IMG/VR virus record: IMGVR_UViG_3300013767_000188
Span: 7,673-71,672 of that record
Direction: 5' to 3' (one strand)
DNA length: 64,000 bases
From: a virus
Shown: positions 38,245-47,489 of the stretch, piece by piece
Layout: each line of letters starts with the position of its first letter
Position numbering within the stretch: position 1 is the first letter of the stretch
Notes under the pieces: generated by a model
Database searches by the model: none
Seen by the model: only the letters and a program-made list of their open reading frames with translations
Told to the model about the DNA's origin: nothing
Translations under genes and position numbers: made by a program

Positions 38245-38573
38245 TCGTCCAGTACTGCAGAGAACATATCGTCGAGGGCAACGCAGTTCAGGATTTTGGC
38301 CGACAGCTCAAACGACGTTACCCCGCGCCGTTTCGCTTCCTGTTCGATCTTGCGCAGGCTGCGGTTCTGGACTGGCACGGGTATGCAGCTGAGTTGGTGC
38401 AACTCGTTGACGGAATCCGACTGGCGACGGATTCCGTGCTGTGCGCAGATCATCTGCAGCGTCGTGACTTCGCAGCCGAGCAGGCGTGCGATGGCGACGT
38501 CCGATTTGCCCGCCTTCATGTCGCGCTTGATCACAACCAAGGTCTGCGGGGTGAACTTGAACTCTCGCCTCAT
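38241..38573 (-). CDS. Hypothetical HTH protein
   Basis: SDVAIARLLGC. Confidence 0.55.
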   Translation of the reverse strand: MRREFKFTPQTLVVIKRDMKAGKSDVAIARLLGCEVTTLQMICAQHGIRRQSDSVNELHQLSCIPVPVQNRSLRKIEQEAKRRGVTSFELSAKILNCVALDDMFSAVLDD

Positions 38574-38923
38574 TTGCGCACCCCGCGCTTCATCGGCACG
38601 ACGTTCGGATTGTTCTTTGCGTCGATGATCGCTCGGATGTCGGCTTGGTTGTCGATGAGGAAGGCGATGCTGTTCGCCAACGTCAGAAGCATGCGGATAT
38701 CGGCCGCGCGCTTCGGGCTTGCGGAACCGATTTTGATGAAGGCCGCATCGGATGCCATGCGGTCCGCAGTCTCATCGGCTAGCCATTCCCACATCTGCTG
38801 CAGGCTGATCTTCGGCTGGGGCAAGACTTCATCGGCCACCGGTGGCGCCGTATCGGCGGCGACTTCCGGATCTAGTTCCAGGATCGGCTCGATGGTCTCT
38901 TGTTGTTCTTGGGCAGAAGTCAT
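38570..38923 (-). CDS. Hypothetical protein
   Basis: Coupled ORF in operon. Confidence 0.55.
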   Translation of the reverse strand: MTSAQEQQETIEPILELDPEVAADTAPPVADEVLPQPKISLQQMWEWLADETADRMASDAAFIKIGSASPKRAADIRMLLTLANSIAFLIDNQADIRAIIDAKNNPNVVPMKRGVRK

Positions 38924-38925
38924 CG

Positions 38926-39774
38926 TTAGGCCGCGAATGCTTTCTCAAGGTGGTTGCTGATGAGCTCGATGAGCGCGGCTGACGTGCCGACACCGTCTTT
39001 CAGGGCCGCGTGTCGCGCGGCCGTCCAGTTGCTGACGAGGTCGAAGGTCTGCATCGCTTCGACCAGAGCGGCACGGTCAGCGTGCCAGGATGGCTCTGCG
39101 TCCAGTGTCGCGCACAGGGCCTCGACAAGAGGCGCGCGGACCCAGCCCGCGTTGCCATCGCCGGTCTTCGTGATGCATGACAGCGCGGAGACCAGCGTCT
39201 CGCGGCCATAGCGCGCAAGCTGACGAGCCAGCTTCACAGCTGCGAGGGTATCGCCAACCTGCATCAGATTAGATGCAACGGGGTAACGGCAGATCGTTAC
39301 GCCAGCTTCTCCGCATGCGTCGTGCAACGCGACAGCTTCCGGCTCGCCGGCAGCCACGCGTGCGGCGTGCAGTTGCATGGTTGAGATCGCGGTGACCTTG
39401 CCGTTGATCGCGGCGAACGCGCTTGCTTGTGCGGCGACGTCTGCGTCGGTGATGAGGCAGGGGACGTCGCGGATACCGCGCAGCGCGGCCGCGGTGGTCC
39501 GGTGCTGGCCGTCGATGATGGAATAGATGCCGTCCTCAATCTCCGCCACGACGACCGGGGCGAACTTCGACCAGTCGAATTCTGCCGCGATATCGATCAC
39601 GTTCTTTTCGCTGGCCTTGCCGACGATCTTCCGCTGATAGCGGTGGTCGATGCGCAGGCTGGCGATCGCGATCCAGTGCAGCCGGGGCTTTTTGCTGGCA
39701 TCGATGTCCGACAGGACGCGGCCATCAAGACGAGGCCGCAGCGCCGCGCCGCTGATGCGGAATAATTCGCTCAT
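38926..39774 (-). CDS. ParB-like (DUF6551/DGQHR-type) protein
   Basis: LRIDHRYQR, IIDGQHRTTAA, AFAAING. Confidence 0.8.
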   Translation of the reverse strand: MSELFRISGAALRPRLDGRVLSDIDASKKPRLHWIAIASLRIDHRYQRKIVGKASEKNVIDIAAEFDWSKFAPVVVAEIEDGIYSIIDGQHRTTAAALRGIRDVPCLITDADVAAQASAFAAINGKVTAISTMQLHAARVAAGEPEAVALHDACGEAGVTICRYPVASNLMQVGDTLAAVKLARQLARYGRETLVSALSCITKTGDGNAGWVRAPLVEALCATLDAEPSWHADRAALVEAMQTFDLVSNWTAARHAALKDGVGTSAALIELISNHLEKAFAA

Positions 39775-40061
39775 CCTGCTGCCCTCGCTGGTGCAGGCAC
39801 GGAAGGCGATTTCGCGGACCACGTCTCAAGCAGCGCGCGCATTTCCGGCTCGAACTCGCTGAGCATCTTGAAAATGGCATGCGCTTCGCCGACGCGCGCA
39901 GCGCGCTCGCGAAGTATACGGATGCTGTCGTTGATGCCGGGGCTCGGCGGGAGCCGCGCGGCCAGTTCTTCGGCGGCGTTGACATTTTCGCAGAGAAGGT
40001 TCGCGGCTTCGCGCAGCCCGACCGCAATCTCTGCGAAACTGGACTGCTGGGCATTACGCAT
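39771..40061 (-). CDS. Hypothetical protein
   Basis: MRNAQQSSF..., coupled. Confidence 0.5.
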   Translation of the reverse strand: MRNAQQSSFAEIAVGLREAANLLCENVNAAEELAARLPPSPGINDSIRILRERAARVGEAHAIFKMLSEFEPEMRALLETWSAKSPSVPAPARAAG

Positions 40062-40659
40062 GGTTTTCCCCCTGTCCGAACAATTTGTGTGACGGAATGT
40101 CGGCCCCGTTGATTTCATTGCGGGCCTCAGCGGCTGCGAGAAGTACACGGGGTACGTGAACATGCTTCCAAGAGCTTCGCGCGACGATCTTGTTGATCTG
40201 ATTTCTGTCTAGGCCAAACAGGTCGGCGATTTCGTCGCCCGTATAGCCACGACGGGCGAGGCAAAAGATCGCGATTACATCGTGGTCATCGATCTTTGCG
40301 CAATGATGCCTGGCACCGAGCCGGTCGCGCCGGTGGCGACGCCTGTCAGCCGCGTTTTCCTTTCCTGTACCCCACTTCAAATTGCTCGGCTTGTTATTGC
40401 TTCTCTGGCCGTCAAGGTGCCGCACTTCGTGCACCCGGCTCGGTGCGGGCCCGTGGAATGCCTCGCACACCAGCCGATGGACAAGGGCCAATACCTTTTT
40501 GCCATTGAATGTTGTTTGGACAGACCGATATCCATTGGAATGGAGCCCACCCTTTAAGATACGAGGCTTCCGACTGCGCCGCTGGATGGTCAATCGGATT
40601 TCACCATCCGACGACGCTTCATATCCAGGCCACGATGGGATGGCTTTCCATACGGTCAT
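40054..40659 (-). CDS. NUMOD4-HNH homing endonuclease
   Basis: WKAIPSWPGYEASSDGEIR; VHRLVCEAF; RHLDG..NN..NL.W.T..EN. Confidence 0.88.
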   Translation of the reverse strand: MTVWKAIPSWPGYEASSDGEIRLTIQRRSRKPRILKGGLHSNGYRSVQTTFNGKKVLALVHRLVCEAFHGPAPSRVHEVRHLDGQRSNNKPSNLKWGTGKENAADRRRHRRDRLGARHHCAKIDDHDVIAIFCLARRGYTGDEIADLFGLDRNQINKIVARSSWKHVHVPRVLLAAAEARNEINGADIPSHKLFGQGENHA

Positions 40660-41204
40660 GCGGGTGTTCCGAACAATGCGAGTGGCGATGGCATTCGACC
40701 AAAGTTCGCCGCGGCCCAGTCCCATATCGCTACGGCGTCAGCGCGATTGTCGTCATTGCAGTCTTTCGGAAAATATCCGAGCGCATGGCAGCGCGCGACG
40801 ACGGCGGCTTTCGTCGCGTCACGAGAGCCCATGCGGCCTTTGCCGATGAAATGCTTGCGGGCGGTGCTGTCGGACAGATCGGACCAAGGTATCCCGAAGC
40901 GGTTGCACATCATTTCCACGACGCCGTGATATTTGACCTGCGCGTAGACCGAGTCCTGGCTCATGTTCATTTGCTTGAAGGCTTCAAGCGCCATCACGGT
41001 TTCCTTGACGACGCATGCCGGTTTCTCGCTTGTGAACTGCTCATGGAGGAATGCGGCGAGGTTCCCGAGTGCGTCTGCCAGCGATTGCTGTTTGCTGCGC
41101 AAGATCACGATGCCCGACGTTGGCATTTCACCGGGCCGACCCTTGGCGAACCCGGCGCGGACACCGAGATCGAGTGTGAAGATCAGCCCGGTGATGCGCG
41201 CCAT
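40656..41204 (-). CDS. RuvC-like Holliday junction resolvase
   Basis: TLDLGVRAGFA, VVKE, DDNRADAVAI. Confidence 0.75.
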   Translation of the reverse strand: MARITGLIFTLDLGVRAGFAKGRPGEMPTSGIVILRSKQQSLADALGNLAAFLHEQFTSEKPACVVKETVMALEAFKQMNMSQDSVYAQVKYHGVVEMMCNRFGIPWSDLSDSTARKHFIGKGRMGSRDATKAAVVARCHALGYFPKDCNDDNRADAVAIWDWAAANFGRMPSPLALFGTPA

Positions 41205-41206
41205 CG

Positions 41207-41854
41207 CTAGTTCACCTTGAAATCGCTCGGCTTGGTGCCGAGTTGATCGACGGTGCCGGTCTTGATCGCGTTCTGCGCCTGCTTGTTCATTTCAGCGAGC
41301 GAAGGCTGCGAGCCTTTTGGCGTGTTGTCGGCCTTCTTGAACCCAGCACCGAGGATGGATTGGCCTTCGGCATAACCGTCGTTGTGGAAACGATGGGCTT
41401 CCGTCGTGACGTGGTGCGGGTTGTGCAACGTCTCGCCGGCGAGGCCTTGGCGCTTGCCTTCCGCGAACGCGCGATCCTTGAGCGGTGCGCGATCGTTCTT
41501 CGGGAACAGATCGGTTTGCGTGCCGATGGGCACGCCGAGCCATCGCAACACCTGCATGTCGCGCTCGATGCGCGCCTTGATCTCGGCTTCGCCTTCTGGC
41601 GTCTTGCCTTCGATGATCGCCTTGATCTGCTTTAGCCCGCCTTCGCCAAGATCGGCCTTTACGATCTTTCCGAAGTCCTTGAGGTCTTTGTCTGCCTTCT
41701 TCTTTGCGGCCTCGAGACGGACATACGTCCCGCGATGTTGCTCGGCCAGCGAATACCGCTGGTCCTCGGTCAGTTCGAGGTCGGCTGCACCACCGGGCGG
41801 TGGCGTAGCGCCTCGTTTTCCTTTTCCGCTTCCGGTACTTGGTCGTCCCATCAT
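41207..41854 (-). CDS. Hypothetical protein, GapR-like N-terminal region
   Basis: RLEAAKKKADKDLKD..KAD..VLRWLG loosely matches GapR/DUF2312 pattern. Confidence 0.45.
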   Translation of the reverse strand: MMGRPSTGSGKGKRGATPPPGGAADLELTEDQRYSLAEQHRGTYVRLEAAKKKADKDLKDFGKIVKADLGEGGLKQIKAIIEGKTPEGEAEIKARIERDMQVLRWLGVPIGTQTDLFPKNDRAPLKDRAFAEGKRQGLAGETLHNPHHVTTEAHRFHNDGYAEGQSILGAGFKKADNTPKGSQPSLAEMNKQAQNAIKTGTVDQLGTKPSDFKVN

Positions 41855-41876
41855 CGTCTCCTCCTGCTGGCTGGCA

Positions 41877-42473
41877 TCAACGCCGAGCGGAGCGCTCGGC
41901 TGATTTCACAAACATTTTTGGATTGACGGCGTGCGGGTTCGCAGCCTTGCGCGTATGAAATTCGCAGTATGGCTTGCCGCCGTCGCAATCAGCGCCGCCC
42001 GTGCCGCAGTAGTAAAAACGCTCTGTGAGAGGATCGCCGAAGGGCCACCGGCACGTGGTGTTGGTCAGCTGCATCATCTGGATGCCTTCGCCGACGGCTG
42101 GTTCTTCGAGGCGCTTAGGCAGACCTGGCTCCGCAGCCTTGATGGCGACGGCCGCGGGGATGCTGTTCGAGATATTCCGGCGCGGCATCTGTGGCTGCGG
42201 CGCGGGCCGCGTCTTCGGTGCCGGAGATTTTACCTGCGCTGCTGGCCGCGTCGCCACGACCTGAGCATTACGCGTGGCGATCGTCACGGCCAGCTTTGCG
42301 GAATCCGGGCGGTTCTTCTGGTCCTTCGCCGAAAGGCCAAGCCGGTGGATTTTGCCGATGACAGCGCCGCGCGTCACGTCACCGAACTGGTCTCTGATCT
42401 GCCCGGCACTCAAGCCGGATTCCCATAGCTTCTTTAGGCGCGAAACGCGCTCGTCAGTCCACCCGTCGTCCAC
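41877..42473 (-). CDS. gcrA: GcrA family cell-cycle regulator
   Basis: WTDERV..LKKLW..GLSA.QI....VTRGAVIGKIHRLGL; CRWP.GDP..YCG..PYC.FH. Confidence 0.92.
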   Translation of the reverse strand: MDDGWTDERVSRLKKLWESGLSAGQIRDQFGDVTRGAVIGKIHRLGLSAKDQKNRPDSAKLAVTIATRNAQVVATRPAAQVKSPAPKTRPAPQPQMPRRNISNSIPAAVAIKAAEPGLPKRLEEPAVGEGIQMMQLTNTTCRWPFGDPLTERFYYCGTGGADCDGGKPYCEFHTRKAANPHAVNPKMFVKSAERSARR

Positions 42474-42514
42474 GACTACCCCTTAATCGCGCGCCGGGTG
42501 ATACGCCCCCGTGC

Positions 42515-42913
42515 TTACGCGTTCCCGTTCAATAGTTTCGCAGCCTTCGCCAGATACGCTTCGACCTCGCGCACATGCTCCGCAGCAAGAAGGCCGTCAG
42601 TTCGCTGAGCTTTTTCCAACTCACGGTTCAACGCCTTTATCTGTGCTTTCAGCTTGCTGACCAGCAACGCCTGGAGCTTGTCCCTGATTTTCTCGTCGGT
42701 ACGCTTCACTCTCTGGCGAATGATGTTGTCGACCGTGCAATAACTCTCCCGCAGATCGCGGGCGATTTGCTGCCTAGCCTTTTCGACTGTGAGGCCCTTC
42801 GACCGTTCGATCCGCTGCAAGGAGAGTGCGTAGTCCCTCGCGTTGTCGAAGATCGGGGCCGAACTCACGGCGAACCCCTCAGTCGAATTCTGTCCAAAAC
42901 TCGGTACACCCAT
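42515..42913 (-). CDS. Hypothetical (CII-position) protein
   Basis: Downstream of cro; helical HTH-like sequence. Confidence 0.5.
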   Translation of the reverse strand: MGVPSFGQNSTEGFAVSSAPIFDNARDYALSLQRIERSKGLTVEKARQQIARDLRESYCTVDNIIRQRVKRTDEKIRDKLQALLVSKLKAQIKALNRELEKAQRTDGLLAAEHVREVEAYLAKAAKLLNGNA

Positions 42914-43037
42914 GACGCCGCTCCTGTGTTCAATTCACCATTGTTGAAGCGGTGATTGAGGATCGGAGCCGCCTTGCCGGGCTGGCGTCGATCACGAGGA
43001 TGACGATGGAAAGAAACTGGATATTGCGGGGCAGGGG

Positions 43038-43289
43038 TCATGAGACCTCCGCCGGTTTGGGACGAGGCACGCCCTTGGGCCACCGCTTGGCCTCGGGCCA
43101 GTTCTGGTGAAACCAAAGCATGACCTTGTCGTAGGTCTTGATGTTGAAGGAACCGCCGTCGCGGATGCGCTCGAAAAACCGCCAGTCACCAGCTGCGCGT
43201 TGCGCAATCGTCGACTGCTCTAAGCCGGTTAGCTCGGCAAAGGCAGCCACGGTGTCCAGCAAATGGGATCGCAGTTCGGTTTCCATCAT
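43038..43289 (-). CDS. Cro-like repressor
   Basis: Divergent from cI; STIAQRAAGDWRFFERI..WF..NWP..WP..VPRP. Confidence 0.8.
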   Translation of the reverse strand: MMETELRSHLLDTVAAFAELTGLEQSTIAQRAAGDWRFFERIRDGGSFNIKTYDKVMLWFHQNWPEAKRWPKGVPRPKPAEVS

Positions 43290-43300
43290 CCCGCGAACAT

Positions 43301-43376
43301 AGTCGGTTTATTCCGACTATTGCAATGGGAAAAATCCGAATCGCTATCTGGCACCCCGAGTCGGATAATTCCGGCA
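43301..43376. promoter_or_regulatory. oR-like operators and divergent promoters
   Basis: AGTCGGTTTATTCCGACT (43301), AATGGGAAAAATCCGAAT (43324), AGTCGGATAATTCCGGCA (43359). Confidence 0.8.
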
Positions 43377-44086
43377 TGACCAACGATTCCCTGAAATCGC
43401 GCGTCGAGGCCCGGTTGAAGGTCTTGAAGATAAACGCGTTTGAGGCTGCGCGGCGCTGCAAGCTGGGACGCGATTTCGTCAACGATATTCTCAACGACAA
43501 AAAGCAGAACGTCCGAGGCAGCAGCCTGAAAAAGCTGGCCGACGGTCTCGATTGCGATCAGGCATACCTGATCGGTGAACAGGATGAACCGCGCAAATCG
43601 CTCGGTGGTTCGATGCCGTCAGCTATTCCGATCATCGGCATTGCCGAGGCCGGGGCTTTCCGTGCGGCAAGCCAGTTCGGATACGAACACGAGATTGACG
43701 CGTCCAGGCTCTACGCGGCCAGGAGCGAGCGATACCCGAATGCGCGGCACTTCGCGCTCGAGGTGCGCGGCGATTCGATGAACGCGGCCGTGCCGTCGCC
43801 CATCGTCGAGGGGATGTTCGTGCTTTGCGTCGATATGCCAGACGCCGGCCTCATACCCGAAACCGGCAGGATCTACGCCGTCCGCCGCACCCAAGACGAG
43901 GGCGGCACGTATGAATGGACGATCAAGCGAGCATACGTCTTCCAAGACAGAACCGAGCTCAGACCCGAATCCACAAATCCGAGGCATGAGGTGATCGTCA
44001 TGCCGAAGCGGCAGCCTGACGAAGCTTTCAAGACTGTCGAGGCGATCGGCTGGGTCTATGGCGGTTACCACTCCTACGAACGATAA
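43376..44086 (+). CDS. CI-like repressor (HTH plus S24 peptidase)
   Basis: HTH; IAEAG cleavage site; VRGDSMN catalytic Ser; TIKR catalytic Lys. Confidence 0.92.
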   Translation: MTNDSLKSRVEARLKVLKINAFEAARRCKLGRDFVNDILNDKKQNVRGSSLKKLADGLDCDQAYLIGEQDEPRKSLGGSMPSAIPIIGIAEAGAFRAASQFGYEHEIDASRLYAARSERYPNARHFALEVRGDSMNAAVPSPIVEGMFVLCVDMPDAGLIPETGRIYAVRRTQDEGGTYEWTIKRAYVFQDRTELRPESTNPRHEVIVMPKRQPDEAFKTVEAIGWVYGGYHSYER

Positions 44087-44113
44087 GATAATACGGCTTT
44101 TGTTGAGGTTTCG

Positions 44114-44569
44114 ATGGGTCTCGGCAGAATAACGCTTATCGGCCTCGGCGCGTTCGCGATCGCGGCCGTCATCGTCAACAGCAAATCGAAGTCGCCCGAG
44201 CAGCTGCAGGCCGAGACCGCGGCGGCGACGGAGTTTGCCCGGCAGGCCATTGCCCCAGTCAAGAAATCGCCGGATTGGCTCAATGTCCGCATCACCGAGG
44301 CGAAACCCAACAGCTTCACGTTCAATATCGATTATGCGCGGCCGCCGATGGGTGGCTTGACCATTGTTGAGTTCGACACGAAGCAGATCGCGCGTGCGGT
44401 GCTGACCGCGTTGGTGAAGGCCGGCTATCAGCCCGCCAAGGAGTCGCTAAGCCTGTTCGTTTTTGCCAGCCAGCCGGTTAAGGGCGAGACCAGCGTCGAC
44501 CTGGTCCGGTCCTTCGGCCACTCCTACTACGATTACAACAACGACCGGCTGATCTTTAAGGCGAACTGA
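44114..44569 (+). CDS. Membrane-anchored hypothetical protein (lysogen-expressed)
   Basis: N-terminal TM segment; directly downstream of cI. Confidence 0.7.
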   Translation: MGLGRITLIGLGAFAIAAVIVNSKSKSPEQLQAETAAATEFARQAIAPVKKSPDWLNVRITEAKPNSFTFNIDYARPPMGGLTIVEFDTKQIARAVLTALVKAGYQPAKESLSLFVFASQPVKGETSVDLVRSFGHSYYDYNNDRLIFKAN

Positions 44570-44656
44570 TTCGCGGCTCGCCCGATTCGAATCAGACTCG
44601 TTTTCGTCTCGCGGGATGCCTATGCCGAATATCAGTCCTGCGTCGGACGCAGACAG

Positions 44657-44711
44657 GTGACATGGTGACAGGTGCCGAAGTGACATGTCACTTTTGGCCT
44701 GTCACGTGACA
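44657..44711. repeat. GTGACA/TGTCAC repeat cluster 3
   Basis: Six copies in 55 bp, including palindromes AAGTGACATGTCACTT and TGTCACGTGACA. Confidence 0.85.
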
Positions 44712-44837
44712 ACGGCACGGTTCTTGCGAAAGAGACTCAGGTTTCTTTTAAGAGGTAACTACACTCACTGAACGTAGAGGGGGCGCTAAAGCGCCCCTCC
44801 TATCTGCTACGGGTGAAGAATTTAATCCTGTGGCCAA

Positions 44838-44891
44838 AGTCGGTCTATTCCGATTTTAAGATTTGACAGTCGGTTTATTCCGACTTACCTT
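44838..44891 (+). promoter_or_regulatory. oL-like operators with sigma70 promoter
   Basis: AGTCGGTCTATTCCGATT (44838), AGTCGGTTTATTCCGACT (44868), TTGACA 44863, 17-bp spacer, TACCTT. Confidence 0.8.
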
Positions 44892-44915
44892 CCCAATACG
44901 ACTTGGGAGGGTCCA

Positions 44916-45488
44916 GTGAATTTTCATCAGCAAACCGCATCCGGCTATCCTCAGCCACACCGGCTTTTCAGCTATTTCCCCCGCCGCAGCCGCAGCAAGC
45001 GGCTTTCCGACGCCGCTGTGGCTCGGGGCAGGACGGCAGGCCTCCCTCCGCTGATCATCGCGGAAATGGCCATGGCCGCATGCAGCGGCGACTTCTGGCA
45101 CATCAACCAATTCAAGCTTTTCGCGGAAAGCCTCATCAAGCGCGGTCCCACCGTGGCGCGGTCTTGGTACGCTGGCATCGCGGAAGCCGCCGCCGACGAT
45201 CTGGACGGCGCGCTCGTCGACATCGCGGAATCATTGACATCGCTCCGCGCCCACGTCGCCGGTCTCCGCGACGAGCCGACCGCGCACCGCAACGACTGCC
45301 TCGGCAAGATCAACCACCTTCGCGCCGCGCTTCTGATTCTGCGCCTCATGCGCGCCACCGGCCACGCGCACCGCTTCGCTCACCTTCGCGAAATTCTGAC
45401 AACGCCGCTTTGGGAAGTCACCGCGTCCAGCGCCGACGGCCGCGTGGTGGAGTTCGAGCCTGCGCCGGTTTCGGAGTGGGGCGCATGA
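44916..45488 (+). CDS. Hypothetical early protein
   Basis: GGGAGG RBS; first gene after promoter. Confidence 0.6.
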   Translation: MNFHQQTASGYPQPHRLFSYFPRRSRSKRLSDAAVARGRTAGLPPLIIAEMAMAACSGDFWHINQFKLFAESLIKRGPTVARSWYAGIAEAAADDLDGALVDIAESLTSLRAHVAGLRDEPTAHRNDCLGKINHLRAALLILRLMRATGHAHRFAHLREILTTPLWEVTASSADGRVVEFEPAPVSEWGA

Positions 45489-45943
45489 GCAACTGCAAGC
45501 ATTTCCCGGAAGCCGACGACCACTGTCTGGTTTGCGCAGCCGAGGACGCCGCACGCGCTTCCGCGTTGAAAGCAACGACGGGCCGGTTTTCTTACCATGC
45601 TGATCATCCTCAAAATGCCTGCGGCCATGTGTACGACGAACATGGGCATGAGGTCGCAACGCTGTACGGCTCGACTGACGACGCAACGAGGGATGCGGAC
45701 GGCGTCTATGTTCCGCAACCAATTCGTGACGCTCACGGCAAGCTGCTCGCCGCCGCGCCGGACATGTTCAAGGCGCTGCAGGGGTTGCTCGAGACTGAAA
45801 CGGTAGAAACTGAATACGACGGTCGCACCTACGATGTGTGCAAGGACTGCGGCTCGCTCGTTAGCGAGAACCAACCGCACAAAATCGGATGCCACGTCGT
45901 TCTCGGCAAAGCCGCCATCGCCGACGCGAAAGGCGGTGCGTGA
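45485..45943 (+). CDS. Hypothetical protein
   Basis: LLAAAPDM motif, CKDC..H..GC. Confidence 0.6.
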   Translation: MSNCKHFPEADDHCLVCAAEDAARASALKATTGRFSYHADHPQNACGHVYDEHGHEVATLYGSTDDATRDADGVYVPQPIRDAHGKLLAAAPDMFKALQGLLETETVETEYDGRTYDVCKDCGSLVSENQPHKIGCHVVLGKAAIADAKGGA

Positions 45944-46596
45944 TGCCAGCACAGACCACAGCAGATGCGGGGCGGACGGTGCATACGCCTGGACCGTGGA
46001 GATTTTCTGGGCATGTGACACCGGTTGGTGGCGAAGATGGTGCCATTGACATGCTTTGGTGTGGCGATGTCAGGCCGCCCGATGGCAACAAGTATCGCGG
46101 GCAGATCGCAAGCATTCAATCAGCCGAACAGATTAACGGAATTGCGGCGGCGGAAGCAGAAGCGAATGCGCGCCTGATTGCAGCAGCGCCCGACTTATTG
46201 AAGGCGTTAAAGCAAATTCGCCTTTGGCTTGCTGTCGAGGGCTGCTGGGAACAAATGGAAATTGCTGACGCGGCGTTGCTTGTCGCGGGTGAAACCGATG
46301 TCGCTTGCACGCACTGTTCGGGCGCTGGAGAATGGGACGAAGGTCCGTTGCCCGCCACTTCGTCGGCGCAGATCGATCCTGAGTACCGCCACGTCAAATG
46401 CCCCGAATGCGAAGCCACGGGGCGCGTCGCACTCTCGCGCGCCAAAGAGCCCGATGCTGGCCTGACCGATGCCGAGCAGAGGTCGCAAGGTCGTAGGTGT
46501 GGCTGTCTCGGCTCCGACGACTACTGCGTTTGCCAGAACGCGCCGGACCACATCACGCGCGCCGAACGCAGCGCAGCAGCAAAGGGGGCGAAGTGA
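45943..46596 (+). CDS. Hypothetical protein with Zn-finger motifs
   Basis: HTPGPW, ANARLIAAAPDLL, CTHCSGAG..CPECEATG. Confidence 0.7.
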   Translation: MPAQTTADAGRTVHTPGPWRFSGHVTPVGGEDGAIDMLWCGDVRPPDGNKYRGQIASIQSAEQINGIAAAEAEANARLIAAAPDLLKALKQIRLWLAVEGCWEQMEIADAALLVAGETDVACTHCSGAGEWDEGPLPATSSAQIDPEYRHVKCPECEATGRVALSRAKEPDAGLTDAEQRSQGRRCGCLGSDDYCVCQNAPDHITRAERSAAAKGAK

Positions 46597-46870
46597 TGTA
46601 CGACATCATCGCAACGCTCGCCGCGATCACGCGCACGCCGCAGTTCCTGGCCGGTGTCCTGTTCGGCGGCATCCTCTCCGGCGTCGTCTGGTACGCCATC
46701 GGTCGGTGCCACGGCAGGATCGCGCTGGCGCACAAGATCGAAACGCAACGCGCCGCCCATAGGGCGCGCGTCTCTCACGCTTTGATGCCTTCGGGCAGCA
46801 TCCAGCCGGTCGATGACACGTCGCAGCTTCCCGCGCATGCGCCGCGCCGACCGATTTACTCGGAGCGGTC

Positions 46871-47188
46871 ATGAGCAGGCGCAACGCAACAGAGCCAGCG
46901 TGCCGTGTCTGCGGCTGCACCGAGTTTAACGCCTGCGCGGACGGTTGCTCGTGGGTGAAGGTCGAAAAAGGCTCACCGCCGCTTTGTTCGGCATGCGACG
47001 GCACGGCGGCAGACATGGCCGAGGTTTTGAAGCGCGTCGACCGGCTGCTCGGAAAATTCTCTTTCACGATGGACCCCGCGCACACCGTCAAGTGCCTGCG
47101 TTCGATGGTGCGCGGCGCGTCCAAGCGGATGCGCGTCAGGCTCGCGATGGACGCGATCAATCCAGACCCATCATGGGGCGGAAGGTAA
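46871..47188 (+). CDS. Hypothetical Cys-rich protein
   Basis: CRVCGCT..AC..GCSWV..LCSAC. Confidence 0.65.
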   Translation: MSRRNATEPACRVCGCTEFNACADGCSWVKVEKGSPPLCSACDGTAADMAEVLKRVDRLLGKFSFTMDPAHTVKCLRSMVRGASKRMRVRLAMDAINPDPSWGGR

Positions 47189-47489
47189 CCATGAGCACAC
47201 TCACCCGCTTCATGACCGCCGCGCAGGGCATCCTCGCCGCCAACGAACAGAACCGCTCTTTCGAGAACGGCCAGCGCGTCAATCCATTCGTCTCAACGAC
47301 TTGGTGCTTCGCAGAGATCGACGAGGCCTTGGCGAAGTGCGTGAAGCTTTCCGCCGACGTCAAGATGGCGCGGCTTCGCTCCGATCTGACGGAGGCGCGC
47401 CGTCTCACAGCCGAACTGCGCCGCACATCATACCAGATTCACGAAATGGCCCTGACTGCGGCCGGCGTGTTCGGATCGGAGGAAACCTG

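Noticed and set aside
44580-44640. tRNA-like TTCGAATC
   Set aside because: No cloverleaf or acceptor stem; better explained as clustered GANTC sites
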